In this document: in pieces, positions 34,693 to 44,072 of the stretch
Layout of the letters: every line of letters starts with the position of its first letter
Numbering within the stretch: position 1 is the stretch's first letter
NCBI GenBank assembly: GCA_033720895.1
Contig: JAWWBS010000004.1
Location: 1-61,558 of the forward strand
DNA from: Gammaproteobacteria bacterium
GTDB taxonomy: Bacteria; Pseudomonadota; Gammaproteobacteria; Natronospirales; JAJUFS01
Length of the DNA stretch: 61,558 nt
Reading direction: 5' to 3'
Notes under the pieces: model-generated
What the model was told of the DNA's origin: nothing
Database searches by the model: none
What the model saw: the letters and a program-made list of their open reading frames with translations, nothing else
Position numbers and translations under genes: made by a program

Positions 34693-36543
34693 ATGCGGAA
34701 CATGCCTGCCACCACCGCCATTCGACCGCACCGGTCAACCTCCACCATTCGCACGCTCACGGCTTTGTTGCTGCTGGCCTGCCTTGCCGGCATGCCGCTT
34801 GTCGTGACGGCGGCCGACCAGCCTGTCTGTGCCGACACCCGGCTTGAATCGGAGATTGCCGCCTGGCGGGAGGCGCATGGCGTTCGCGGCGTGGTGGTCG
34901 CGTGTTTCGATGCCGACACGGCAGGCTTCCTCGCGGTCGGCACGCGCGACGGGCAGCAGCCACTCGCTCCGGACCACGTGTTCCAGGGTGGCCAGCTGGC
35001 CAACCTGCTGACCGCCCTGGCGGTGCATTCCCTGATCGACGAGGCCACGCTGCAGTCGGCACAGAACGTGCACGACCTGGCCCGCGAGCTGGATTTCCAG
35101 AACCCCTGGGAAGACGAACGACCGATCCTGGTCGAGCACCTGCTTGCTCACGAGTCCGGCCTGCCTGCACTGCATTTCAAGGACCTGTTTTTCGAAGAGG
35201 CGGGCCAGACCCTGCTGGCCGACCTGAACCGGGCGTTGCGCGACATGGAGCTCGTGTTCCCGCCCGGTCAGCAACAGCGCTTCTCGCAAGCCGGTTATGG
35301 CATCGCCGCCTACCTGGTGGATCGCAGTCCCGACCTTTCCTACGAGGATGCGCTCGAATTGCTGTTCGCCGCGCTCGACCTGGCGCCTGCGGCGACCGCG
35401 AGCGCGGCCGCGACCGATGGTTCCGGCAGTGCGAACGCGGGCGAGACACAGACCGCGGTCCTCGGTTCGGCGGCCAACCTTGCCGTTACGCCGGAGGCAC
35501 TCGCCCGGCTGGGCCAGGTGCTGCTGCGCGAGGGTGACTGGCAGGGACGGCAACTGATCGATCGCGATGTCATCGCGCGCCTGGAAGCGCGCCGCCAGGA
35601 TTACATTCCTTCCTATACGGCCGGCGCCCGGCTGGAGGCAGGCGAGGGATTTCCCTTTCATGTGGTGAGCGGCGCCTACCCCGGCTACGCGGCGAGACTG
35701 GCCTGGAGCCGGGAGCTGGGGCGGGGCTACTTGTTGCTGGCCAACAGTCGCCTGGATCCGGCGGCGCTGGGGACCCTCGACCAGCAACTGAAGTTTGCCG
35801 TCATCGGTACCGACCGCCAGGACGCGCGCCCGGCGTTCCAGGCAGTCGATTCGGCGGCCCGGGAGGTGCTGCGCTGGCAGGCAGTGGCGCTCAATCCGGT
35901 GGACCGTTTCCTGCGCGGCTGGGCAGATGTCGCAACCCTGTCTTTCGGCAGCGAGGACCGAGCCACCTGGTCGCCGTTGCTCGGCCGGCCGGCGACCTGG
36001 CGACTGCTCGAAGGTGAACTGTTGCGTGTCGAAGGCGACTGGTGGCCGTCGCGCCAGCTGATCGAGAACCGCCAGCTGCTGGTCGCTGCCGACGAGCGCT
36101 GGACCCGCCTGGGCCGCCTGGAATTCCTGGCCTATCCGGTGATCGGCCTGCTCGCCTTGCTGGCCATCGTGTTCACTGCCGGACACGCGCCTTTCTGGCT
36201 GTACTTCCTGTTGAACCACCAGCTGAATGGCTACCACCAGTGGTTGCCACGACTCGTGCCGGTGGTGGGTGCCTTGCTGGCGCTGGGCTTGCTGTTGCTG
36301 TTGTCGACGGCCAGCGTTGGTGCGCTGGGCCAGCTGAGCACTCGCACCGTCGGCATCACCGTGCTGACCATGCTGTTACCCCTGGCCGCCGTGCTGTCGG
36401 TGGCGGCCACCGTGGCCGGCCTCCAGTGGCGCATCAGCCGACGCGCCAGCGCACGCAACGTCATTGCCACGCTGGCCTTGCTGGTCGCCTCCGGCTGGCT
36501 GATCGAGTGCGGCCTTTTCGCCTGGCAATCCTGGAACTACTGA
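34693..36543 (+). CDS. beta-lactamase/serine-hydrolase-fold protein lacking the catalytic motifs, with a C-terminal multi-TM domain
   Basis: Start set at MRNMPATT... (an alternative is 34666). Signal peptide, then a class-C-like fold. The SxxK position reads GQLAN and the YxN position reads FSQAGYG. The last roughly 150 aa form 4-5 TM helices. Confidence 0.7.
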   Translation: MRNMPATTAIRPHRSTSTIRTLTALLLLACLAGMPLVVTAADQPVCADTRLESEIAAWREAHGVRGVVVACFDADTAGFLAVGTRDGQQPLAPDHVFQGGQLANLLTALAVHSLIDEATLQSAQNVHDLARELDFQNPWEDERPILVEHLLAHESGLPALHFKDLFFEEAGQTLLADLNRALRDMELVFPPGQQQRFSQAGYGIAAYLVDRSPDLSYEDALELLFAALDLAPAATASAAATDGSGSANAGETQTAVLGSAANLAVTPEALARLGQVLLREGDWQGRQLIDRDVIARLEARRQDYIPSYTAGARLEAGEGFPFHVVSGAYPGYAARLAWSRELGRGYLLLANSRLDPAALGTLDQQLKFAVIGTDRQDARPAFQAVDSAAREVLRWQAVALNPVDRFLRGWADVATLSFGSEDRATWSPLLGRPATWRLLEGELLRVEGDWWPSRQLIENRQLLVAADERWTRLGRLEFLAYPVIGLLALLAIVFTAGHAPFWLYFLLNHQLNGYHQWLPRLVPVVGALLALGLLLLLSTASVGALGQLSTRTVGITVLTMLLPLAAVLSVAATVAGLQWRISRRASARNVIATLALLVASGWLIECGLFAWQSWNY

Positions 36544-36552
36544 GGTTCCGAA

Positions 36553-37734
36553 TCAGAGCTTGGGGTTGACCTGTGCGGCCGCGTCGCGCGCCTTGCGTCG
36601 TGCGTCCTCGATGTCATCGCCCACCGCGAGGGTCACGCCCATCCGGCGACGCCCGCTGACAACCGGCTTGCCGAACAGGCGGATCTGCGTGTCCGGCTCG
36701 GCCAGTGCCCGTTCGATGCCGGCAAAACTGACATCCTCCGATTCACCCTCCACCAGCAGGGCGCAGGAAGCAGCGGGACCGTGCTGCCGAATGGCCGGGA
36801 CGGGCAGTTTCATGATGGCGCGCAGGTGCAGCGCGAATTCCGACAGGTCCTGCGAGACCAGCGTCACCATGCCCGTGTCGTGCGGCCGCGGTGATACTTC
36901 GCTGAACCATACCTCGTCACCTTTCACGAACAGCTCGACGCCGAACAGGCCGTAGCCGCCGAGATTGTTGGTGATCGCGCCGGCAACCTGCTCGGCCTTC
37001 TGCAGCGCGGTGTCCGACATCGGATGTGGCTGCCAGGATTCACGGTAATCGCCGTCCACCTGGGTGTGGCCGATGGGTGCGCAGAAACTGGTGCCATCGA
37101 CATGCCGGACAGTCAGCAACGTGATTTCGTAGTCGAAGTCGATGAAACCTTCGACAATCACGCGACCGGCACCGGCCCGTCCGCCCGCCTGGGCATGTTC
37201 CCAGGATGCCTCGATGTCGCCCTCTGACCTGATGACCGACTGACCCTTGCCGGAAGAGCTCATGACCGGTTTCACCACGCAGGGCATTCCGACCGCCTCG
37301 ACGGCCGCACGGAAATCCTCGGCATTGTCGGCAAAGCGATAGGGCGAAGTCGGCAGGTTGAGGTCTTCGGCTGCCAGCCGCCGGATGCCTTCGCGGTCCA
37401 TAGTCAGGCGGGCAGCGCGTGCTGTCGGGATGATGCGATGGCCTTCCGCTTCCAGTTCGAGCAGGGTTTCCGTCGCGATGGCCTCGATCTCGGGCACCAC
37501 CAGGTCCGGGTCTTCCTGCTCGATCAGTTCGCGAATGGCCGCACCGTCCAGCATGTCGATCACATGCGAGCGATGCGAGACCTGCATGGCCGGCGCATTG
37601 GCGTAGCGATCGACAGCGATCACTTCGATGCCCAGGCGTTGCGCCTCGATGGCGACTTCCTTGCCGAGCTCGCCGCTGCCAAGCAACAGCAGGCGCGTGG
37701 CGGACGAGCCTAGCGGTGTGCCCAGGGTAGTCAT
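36553..37734 (-). CDS. purT: formate-dependent phosphoribosylglycinamide formyltransferase
   Basis: [21 protein letters not shown], an ATP-grasp body, and full-length PurT similarity. Confidence 0.95.
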   Translation of the reverse strand: MTTLGTPLGSSATRLLLLGSGELGKEVAIEAQRLGIEVIAVDRYANAPAMQVSHRSHVIDMLDGAAIRELIEQEDPDLVVPEIEAIATETLLELEAEGHRIIPTARAARLTMDREGIRRLAAEDLNLPTSPYRFADNAEDFRAAVEAVGMPCVVKPVMSSSGKGQSVIRSEGDIEASWEHAQAGGRAGAGRVIVEGFIDFDYEITLLTVRHVDGTSFCAPIGHTQVDGDYRESWQPHPMSDTALQKAEQVAGAITNNLGGYGLFGVELFVKGDEVWFSEVSPRPHDTGMVTLVSQDLSEFALHLRAIMKLPVPAIRQHGPAASCALLVEGESEDVSFAGIERALAEPDTQIRLFGKPVVSGRRRMGVTLAVGDDIEDARRKARDAAAQVNPKL

Positions 37735-37856
37735 CAGGTGCTCCGTTCAGGTTCTGCTCATGGAATGCGCAGTCTAGGTGAGAGCAGGAGTGCATGCCAA
37801 GCAAGCGCAGGTACCTCTGCTACCTTTTAGGAAAGGACCGGCAGGAGGAGCAGTTC

Positions 37857-38408
37857 ATGAGAGTAGGGAAGATGTTCTGCCCGTTGATGCTTCTGGCCCT
37901 GGGGCTGACGGCAGCCTGTTCCCAGGGTGTCCGCTACGAGGCGCATCGCAGCGCCGAGGTCGAGTTCTCGACCTTTTCCACGTTCAGGCTGATCGAGCAC
38001 ACCGAGGACGAAACCATGCGTCCGGTCTATGACCTTGCCCAGCAGGAGGTGCAGCGGCAGTTGCGGGCGGTATTGACCGACAAGGGTTACCGGGAAGTGG
38101 ACAGCGCGGCGGATTTCACCGTCGACTACCTGTTGATGTCCACCGCCCGGTTCCAGCAGGGCGGGCATGATCGTTACTTCATGAAGGATCGCGTGCAGCT
38201 TGCCAGCGGTACCGAGTCCACCATGGCAAACCCGATTGTCGAGGGCAGCCTGCACGTGCATTTCCTGGAGGGCGACAATGGCAGGGCGATTGCCGACCTG
38301 ACCGCCAGCAAGCTGGTCGATTCGGGCAATGTCGACCTGGACGAAATCGCTGGCATCGTACGACGCATGCTGCGCGATGTTCCGGCCGCTGCCAGCAAGG
38401 CTGACTGA
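37857..38408 (+). CDS. DUF4136-family lipoprotein (second copy in window)
   Basis: ORF 37794 trimmed to ATG at 37857, after GGAGGAG. Lipobox LTAAC. FSTFSTFRL...DFTVDYLL... pattern as in the 5636..6181 gene. Confidence 0.7.
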   Translation: MRVGKMFCPLMLLALGLTAACSQGVRYEAHRSAEVEFSTFSTFRLIEHTEDETMRPVYDLAQQEVQRQLRAVLTDKGYREVDSAADFTVDYLLMSTARFQQGGHDRYFMKDRVQLASGTESTMANPIVEGSLHVHFLEGDNGRAIADLTASKLVDSGNVDLDEIAGIVRRMLRDVPAAASKAD

Positions 38409-38410
38409 GT

Positions 38411-40390
38411 TCAGCCTTTCAGGATGCGTTCTTCGGCACGCTCGAGATCCTCGGGCGTGCCGAACATCACCAGCACGTCATGCTCCCGCAGCACGGTCGA
38501 GCCATCCGGCTGGCGGCCGAGAATCCCGTCGCGGCGAATGGCCGTGACCACCACGCCATAGTTCTCCAGGTGCAGGTCGGCGATCACCTTGCCGACGGCG
38601 TGATCGTCGCTGCCGAGTTCATAGGTGCCCAGCTGCTCGCGCAGGGAATGGGTCTGCTCGATGCGCCTTGCCTGCTTGCCACGGAACACCGAGCGCAGGA
38701 GCTCGTAGCGATGCGCACGCACGTCCTGGATGTCACGGATGATGCGTTTCACCGGTACGCCCAGTGATTGCAGCAGATGCGCAATGATCATCAACGACGC
38801 TTCGAAGGTCTCGGGCACGACCTCCGTAGCGCCGGCCTCCTGCAACTGGTCGAGGTAGTTGTCATCGCGGGTGCGCACGATGATCGGCAGTTCCTTGTGC
38901 GTCTTGCGGACCTGCTCGAGAATCTTCATCGAAACGTCGATGCCGTAGTAGGACTGCACCAGTGCCTTGGCGCGATCCAGTCCCGCCGCGTGCAGCACGT
39001 CGAGGTGGGTCGCATCCCCGAAGTACACCGGGTCACCTGCCGCACGTGCCGCGCGTACGCGGTAGGGGTCGAGATCGAGCGCGACGTAATCGATGTTCTC
39101 GTTTTCCAGCACGCGCGCGATGTTCTGCCCCACACGGCCGAAGCCGCAGATGATCACGTGATCATCGGCAATGATGTGGTGCGCCGAGACGTCGTGCTCC
39201 AGCATGTCGCGCTCGGTAGTCTCGGTATCGGCAAACAGCTGCCGACTGATGCGCAGGTTGTAGCGGATCAACAGCGGACTGACCGCCATGCTCAACATCA
39301 CGCTGCCCAGCGCGATCTGTGCCAGTGATTCGTTCAACAGGCCGCCGGCAATGGCCAGCGTGAACAGCGCAAAGCTGAATTCGCCGCCATGCGCGAGCAC
39401 CAGGCCGGCACGGAAGGCCGTGTTCCATTCGCTGGTGATCAGGCGTGCCAGCAGCATGATGGTCATCAGCTTGAATGCAACCAGCACCAGGCCGCCGAGC
39501 ACCACCCAGTACCAGACCGGCTGGATCGCAGCCGGGTTGACCAGCATGCCGATGGTGATGAAGAACAGGCCGAGCAGCATGTCGCGGAACGGCCGGATGT
39601 CGGCCTCCACCTGGTGACGGAATTCGGTCTCGCCGAGCATCATGCCGGCGAGGAAAGCGCCCAGTGCCAGTGACAGGCCTGCGCCATGCGTGAGGAAAGC
39701 GGCGGCCAGCGTGAACAGCAGCACCGCCAGGGTGAACAGCTCCGCCGAACGGGCCTTGGCGATCTCGTGAAAGATCGGCCGCAGCATCCAGCGACCGATC
39801 AGCCAGACCAGGCTCAGCACGGCAGCGGCCTTCAGCAGCGCCAGGCCCAGGTTGTTCCACAGGGAGGTCGTCTGCCCGTCACTCAGGGAGGCGATCAGGA
39901 TGATGAAGGGAACGACAGCAATGTCCTGGAACAGCAGCGTGCCGATGGCCAGGCGGCCATGCGGCTGGTGCAGTTCGACCTGTTCTTTCAGTTGCTTGGC
40001 GACAATCGCGGTCGACGACATGGCGAAGGCACCACCGATGACCACGGCCACCGGGGTGGAAATGCCGAACGCCGCCGATACCAGCACCACGGTCAGCGTG
40101 GTGATCACGACCTGCAGGCCGCCAAGCACCAGCACTTCCTTTTTCATGGCCAGCAGGCGGGCCAGCGAGAATTCGAGCCCGAGGGTGAACAGCAGGAAGA
40201 CCACGCCGAATTCCGCCAGCTGGCGGGTGTCGGCGGAATTCGGCAGCCAGCCGAGACCGTAGGGGCCGACCACCAGGCCGGTAATCAGGTAGCCGAGGAT
40301 CGGCGGCAGGCGCAGGCGCATCAGCAGCGTGACGGCCAGCACCGTCATGCCAAGCAGGATCAGGATGGTATCGAGATTGCCGCCTTCCAA
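38411..40390 (-). CDS. monovalent cation:proton antiporter-2 (CPA2) family protein with RCK/TrkA-N and TrkA-C domains (KefB/YbaL-like)
   Basis: About 13 TM helices with LPPILGYLITGLVVGP. RCK domain HVIICGFGRVGQ. C-terminal TrkA-C domain. TTG start preceded by GGGGGGA. Confidence 0.9.
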   Translation of the reverse strand: MEGGNLDTILILLGMTVLAVTLLMRLRLPPILGYLITGLVVGPYGLGWLPNSADTRQLAEFGVVFLLFTLGLEFSLARLLAMKKEVLVLGGLQVVITTLTVVLVSAAFGISTPVAVVIGGAFAMSSTAIVAKQLKEQVELHQPHGRLAIGTLLFQDIAVVPFIILIASLSDGQTTSLWNNLGLALLKAAAVLSLVWLIGRWMLRPIFHEIAKARSAELFTLAVLLFTLAAAFLTHGAGLSLALGAFLAGMMLGETEFRHQVEADIRPFRDMLLGLFFITIGMLVNPAAIQPVWYWVVLGGLVLVAFKLMTIMLLARLITSEWNTAFRAGLVLAHGGEFSFALFTLAIAGGLLNESLAQIALGSVMLSMAVSPLLIRYNLRISRQLFADTETTERDMLEHDVSAHHIIADDHVIICGFGRVGQNIARVLENENIDYVALDLDPYRVRAARAAGDPVYFGDATHLDVLHAAGLDRAKALVQSYYGIDVSMKILEQVRKTHKELPIIVRTRDDNYLDQLQEAGATEVVPETFEASLMIIAHLLQSLGVPVKRIIRDIQDVRAHRYELLRSVFRGKQARRIEQTHSLREQLGTYELGSDDHAVGKVIADLHLENYGVVVTAIRRDGILGRQPDGSTVLREHDVLVMFGTPEDLERAEERILKG

Positions 40391-40518
40391 ATGCCTGTCC
40401 CCCCGTCATTCCATGAGCATTCCATAATGCACCATACCGCAGCGCCACGGCCAAGTGTTGCAGTGCATTTTGTTTTGCTCCGCGAGGTGTGCTTAATTGA
40501 GCGCTCGCCACGTGGCAC

Positions 40519-40534
40519 TGGCAGCTTGGCTGCA
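40519..40534 (+). promoter_or_regulatory. weak candidate sigma54 promoter upstream of the amidohydrolase pair
   Basis: TGGCAG-CTTGG-CTGCA has correct GG-N10-GC spacing and two mismatches to consensus. It is preceded by an overlapping TGGCAC and lies about 27 nt before ATG 40561, with GGAGG in between. Confidence 0.25.
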
Positions 40535-40560
40535 AGGCCATTTCATTCTCGGAGGTTTAC

Positions 40561-41967
40561 ATGAAGCTCAATGCTGATCGTGCACTGCGACCGGTCCTGC
40601 TGGGCATGGCACTTGTCGGACTCGCCGCCTGCGGTGGCGGTGCCGAGGAAGCGCCTGCCAGCGAACCCTTGCACAGCACTACCGTGACGCCGTTCCCGTC
40701 GACTTACCAGCCGATGCCGAGCGAGCCCACGCTGATTCGCAATGCCACCTTGCTGATCGGCAATGGCGAGCGCCTGGACGGCGGGGACATCCTGCTCTCC
40801 GATGGCAGGATCGCCGCAGTCGGCAAGAATATCGAAGCACCTGCAGGTGCCGTGATCATGGACGCCGATGGCGCATTCGTGACGCCGGGCATCATCGATG
40901 TGCATTCGCACCTGGGTGATTACGCGTCGCCAGGTGTCGATGCGCATTCCGATGGCAACGAAATGACCTCGCCGAACACGGCCGAAGTCTGGGCCGAGCA
41001 TTCGGTCTGGCCGCAGGACCCGGGTTTCAACACGGCGCTGGCCGGTGGCGTGACCTCGCTGCAGGTCCTGCCGGGATCGGCCAACCTGTTCGGTGGCCGC
41101 GGCGTGACGCTCAAGAACGTTCGTGGTCGCTCGGTCATGGACATGAAATTCCCCGGCGCTCCCCATGGCTTGAAGATGGCCTGTGGCGAGAACCCGAAGC
41201 GCGTCTATGGCGGCAAGGGCACGGCGCCATCGACCCGCATGGGCAACGTCGCGGGTTATCGCGCGGCCTGGATCGAAGCCGAGCAGTACCTGGCCGAAAT
41301 CGAAGCGGCCGAGCGCGGTGAAGGCGACATGCCGGATCGCGATCTCAAGCTGGAGACGCTCGCCGGTGTCCTGAAGGGCGAGATCATCATCCACAACCAC
41401 TGCTACCGTGCCGACGAAATGCTGGTGATGCTCGATATCGCCAGGGAATTCGGTTACCAGGTCGGCACCTTCCACCATGCGGTCGAGGCTTACAAGATCG
41501 GCGACAAGCTCGCCGAGGCCGGTACCTGTGCAGCGATGTGGGCCGACTGGTGGGGCTTCAAGATGGAAGCCTTCGATGGCGTGCGCGAGAACCTGCCGCT
41601 GGTCGATGCGGCCGGTGCCTGTGCCATCGTGCACTCGGATTCGGCCATCGGCATCCAGCGCCTGAACCAGGAAGCGGCCAAGGCCATGGCCGCGGCCAAC
41701 AAGGCGGGCATGAGTGTCACGCCGGAACAGGCCATGCGCTGGCTCACCCTGAACCCGGCGAAGTCACTGGGTGTGGCCGAGCAGACGGGTTCGCTGGAGG
41801 CGGGCAAGATGGCCGACGTGGTGATCTGGCAGGGCAATCCATTCAGCGTCTATGCCAAAGCCGAGAAGGTCTATATCGACGGTGCGCTCGCCTGGGACCT
41901 TGACGACCCGGCCCACCAGCCGGTGTCCGACTTCAAGCTGGGCGCTGACGCGGGAGGTGCGAAATGA
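40561..41967 (+). CDS. amidohydrolase-superfamily metallohydrolase, exported lipoprotein
   Basis: Lipobox GLAAC. Metal-binding IIDVHSHLGD. TIM-barrel amidohydrolase layout. GGAGG RBS. Confidence 0.85.
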   Translation: MKLNADRALRPVLLGMALVGLAACGGGAEEAPASEPLHSTTVTPFPSTYQPMPSEPTLIRNATLLIGNGERLDGGDILLSDGRIAAVGKNIEAPAGAVIMDADGAFVTPGIIDVHSHLGDYASPGVDAHSDGNEMTSPNTAEVWAEHSVWPQDPGFNTALAGGVTSLQVLPGSANLFGGRGVTLKNVRGRSVMDMKFPGAPHGLKMACGENPKRVYGGKGTAPSTRMGNVAGYRAAWIEAEQYLAEIEAAERGEGDMPDRDLKLETLAGVLKGEIIIHNHCYRADEMLVMLDIAREFGYQVGTFHHAVEAYKIGDKLAEAGTCAAMWADWWGFKMEAFDGVRENLPLVDAAGACAIVHSDSAIGIQRLNQEAAKAMAAANKAGMSVTPEQAMRWLTLNPAKSLGVAEQTGSLEAGKMADVVIWQGNPFSVYAKAEKVYIDGALAWDLDDPAHQPVSDFKLGADAGGAK

Positions 41968-43265
41968 ACCGCTTCATGAAGAAACACCTGCCCTTGCTGC
42001 TGGCGCTGCTGGCCATGCCAGCAGGCGCGGGCGACATTGCCATCATCAACGGCACTGTCCATACCGTGTCGGATGCCGGCGTGATCGAAAAGGGCACCGT
42101 CCTGATTCGTGACGACCGGATCATCGCCGTCGGTGCCGATGTGGCGGTGCCGGACGATGCCGTGGTGATCGACGCCAATGGCCGTATCGTCACGCCGGGC
42201 CTGGTCGAGCCGGCCAGCCAGCTCGGCCTGACCGAGGTCGGCGCTGTCGATGGCACCAATGATTGGACCTCGCTGGACGATCGCTTTACCGCCTCGCATG
42301 CCGTGGCGGATGCCATCAATCCCCGTTCCAGCCTGATTCCCATCCAGCGCATGGAAGGCGTGACCCGCGCTGTCAGCGTGCCGGCTGTCAGCTACGACGG
42401 TGGCCAGCTGATCTCGGGACGCAGCGCCGCCATTTCGCTGGGCAGCGTGAGTGACTTCATTGTGCGCGAGCATGCCGGCATGCACGCCGCCTTTGGCGAA
42501 ACCGCTGCGCAGCTTGCCGGTGGCAGCCGTGGTGTGGCCATGCTGAAGCTGCGCGAAGCGCTGGACGATGCCCGTGACTTTGCTCGCAATCGCGACGCCT
42601 TCATGGCAGCCGATCGTTACGCTTACGCCCTGTCGCGTCTCGACCTCGAGGCCTTGCAGCCGGTGCTGGCGGGCGACATGCCCTTCGTGGTCGGTGTCGA
42701 GCGTGCCAGTGACATCGAGGCCATCCTGCGCCTGGCCGCGGACTACCAGCTCAAGCTGGTGATCAGCGGTGGCAGCGAGGCCTGGATGGTCGCTGACCAG
42801 CTGGCCGCTGCCAATGTGCCGGTGATTGTCGATGCCTACCAGAACCTGCCGTCGAGCTTCGAATCACTGGGCTCCACGCTGGAAAACGCGGCCCGTTTGC
42901 ACGCCGCGGGCGTCACGGTGGTGTTCTCGGCCGGTGCCGGTACGGGCCCCAGCGGTACTCACAATGCTCGCAACATCACCCAGTACGCCGGCAATGCCGT
43001 GGCCCATGGCCTCGACTACGATGCGGCCCTGGCTGCCATCACGGCCAACCCGGCGGCGATCTATGGCCTGTCGGATGTCGGTCGACTGGCCGCGGGATAC
43101 CGCGCGGATGTGGTTATCTGGGATGGCGACCCGCTGGAGGTCACCAGCTTCCCGGATGCCGTGCTGATCGATGGTGAAATGATGCCGATGACGTCGCGCC
43201 AGCAGCTGCTGCGCGATCGTTACCGCGACGACGAGGACTGGCCCCAGGCTTACGACAAGCCCTGA
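41964..43265 (+). CDS. amidohydrolase-superfamily protein, exported (paralogous partner)
   Basis: Overlaps the upstream stop by 4 nt. Signal peptide LLAMPAGAGD. Amidohydrolase-like body, but the HxH position looks degenerate (GLVEPASQLG). Confidence 0.8.
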   Translation: MNRFMKKHLPLLLALLAMPAGAGDIAIINGTVHTVSDAGVIEKGTVLIRDDRIIAVGADVAVPDDAVVIDANGRIVTPGLVEPASQLGLTEVGAVDGTNDWTSLDDRFTASHAVADAINPRSSLIPIQRMEGVTRAVSVPAVSYDGGQLISGRSAAISLGSVSDFIVREHAGMHAAFGETAAQLAGGSRGVAMLKLREALDDARDFARNRDAFMAADRYAYALSRLDLEALQPVLAGDMPFVVGVERASDIEAILRLAADYQLKLVISGGSEAWMVADQLAAANVPVIVDAYQNLPSSFESLGSTLENAARLHAAGVTVVFSAGAGTGPSGTHNARNITQYAGNAVAHGLDYDAALAAITANPAAIYGLSDVGRLAAGYRADVVIWDGDPLEVTSFPDAVLIDGEMMPMTSRQQLLRDRYRDDEDWPQAYDKP

Positions 43266-43279
43266 CAGTGATTGACCTC

Positions 43280-43307
43280 AAGCCCGGCACCGCCGGGCTT
43301 GTTTTTT
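43280..43307 (+). terminator. rho-independent terminator of the amidohydrolase operon
   Basis: AAGCCCGGC-ACC-GCCGGGCTT followed by GTTTTTT. Confidence 0.8.
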
Positions 43308-43379
43308 ATGCGCCCCGGGCACCAGATTTGAACGGGTTTCCTGATATGCTTTGGGCAGAAAAAGAGGGAGCGGGGATAC

Positions 43380-43874
43380 ATGGAATCGGAACGCCTGACA
43401 CTCAAACCCATCGATGAGTCGGATATCGATGCCTTGCTCGTGCTCTGGAACGAGCCGGACCTGCGGCGCCAGTTCTGGGGGGCCGAGGAGCTTTCGCGCC
43501 AGGATGTCGCCATGCTGGTCACCGAGAGCAAGGCACTGGCCGCCGAGGGCAAGGGCGGCCTGCACCGGGTCAGCGACAAGGGCGAGCCGGATACGGTCGT
43601 CGGCTTCGGCGGATACTGGCAATTCGAGGGCGACGAGCTGCCGCAGATCATTTTCGGCCTGGCACCCGACCACTGGGGCATGGGCCTGGCCACCGAGCTG
43701 GCGCGCCTGCTGATTGCTCATGGCCTGGACTCGCTGGAACTGCCGGTGGTGCGCGGCGGTACCGATGCCGCCAACGTGTCCTCGCAGCGCGTCATGGAAA
43801 AGGCCGGCATGAATTTTGTCGAGCGCGTGCGTGCTGGCGGCAAGGACATCCGTTACTACGAGGCCCGCAAATGA
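43380..43874 (+). CDS. GNAT-family N-acetyltransferase (RimJ/RimL-like)
   Basis: RLTLKPIDESDIDAL..., with acetyl-CoA motif GMGLATELARLLIAHG and QRVMEKAGMNF. Confidence 0.8.
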   Translation: MESERLTLKPIDESDIDALLVLWNEPDLRRQFWGAEELSRQDVAMLVTESKALAAEGKGGLHRVSDKGEPDTVVGFGGYWQFEGDELPQIIFGLAPDHWGMGLATELARLLIAHGLDSLELPVVRGGTDAANVSSQRVMEKAGMNFVERVRAGGKDIRYYEARK

Positions 43875-44059
43875 CGTCTCCCATTGGTGCCTTGTTCTGG
43901 CTGGCGGTCGTGGCCGCCGATGTCTATGCCATCCTGAATATCGTCCAGGCTCGGCGCGAGAACGGCACCAAGCTGCTATGGATACTGCTGGTGGCCTTCC
44001 TGCCGATCGTGGGTGCCGCCGTCTGGTTCGTGGCGGGGCCGCGCGGCCGCAGCGCCTGA
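43871..44059 (+). CDS. PLDc_N-family small membrane protein (62 aa)
   Basis: Two TM helices with the family-typical ADVYAILNIV...KLLWILLVAFLPIVGAAVWF. Overlaps the GNAT stop (ATGA). Confidence 0.65.
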   Translation: MTSPIGALFWLAVVAADVYAILNIVQARRENGTKLLWILLVAFLPIVGAAVWFVAGPRGRSA

Positions 44060-44072
44060 ATCTCCCCCGCGA

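Noticed and set aside
40407-40425. Direct repeat ATGGAATG-CTC-ATGGAATG (minus strand) just upstream of the CPA2 antiporter start, including a minimal ATG-GAA-TGA uORF
   Set aside because: There are only two short copies, which could arise by chance, and I have no conservation or expression data. I noted it but do not consider it supportable as a regulatory element.
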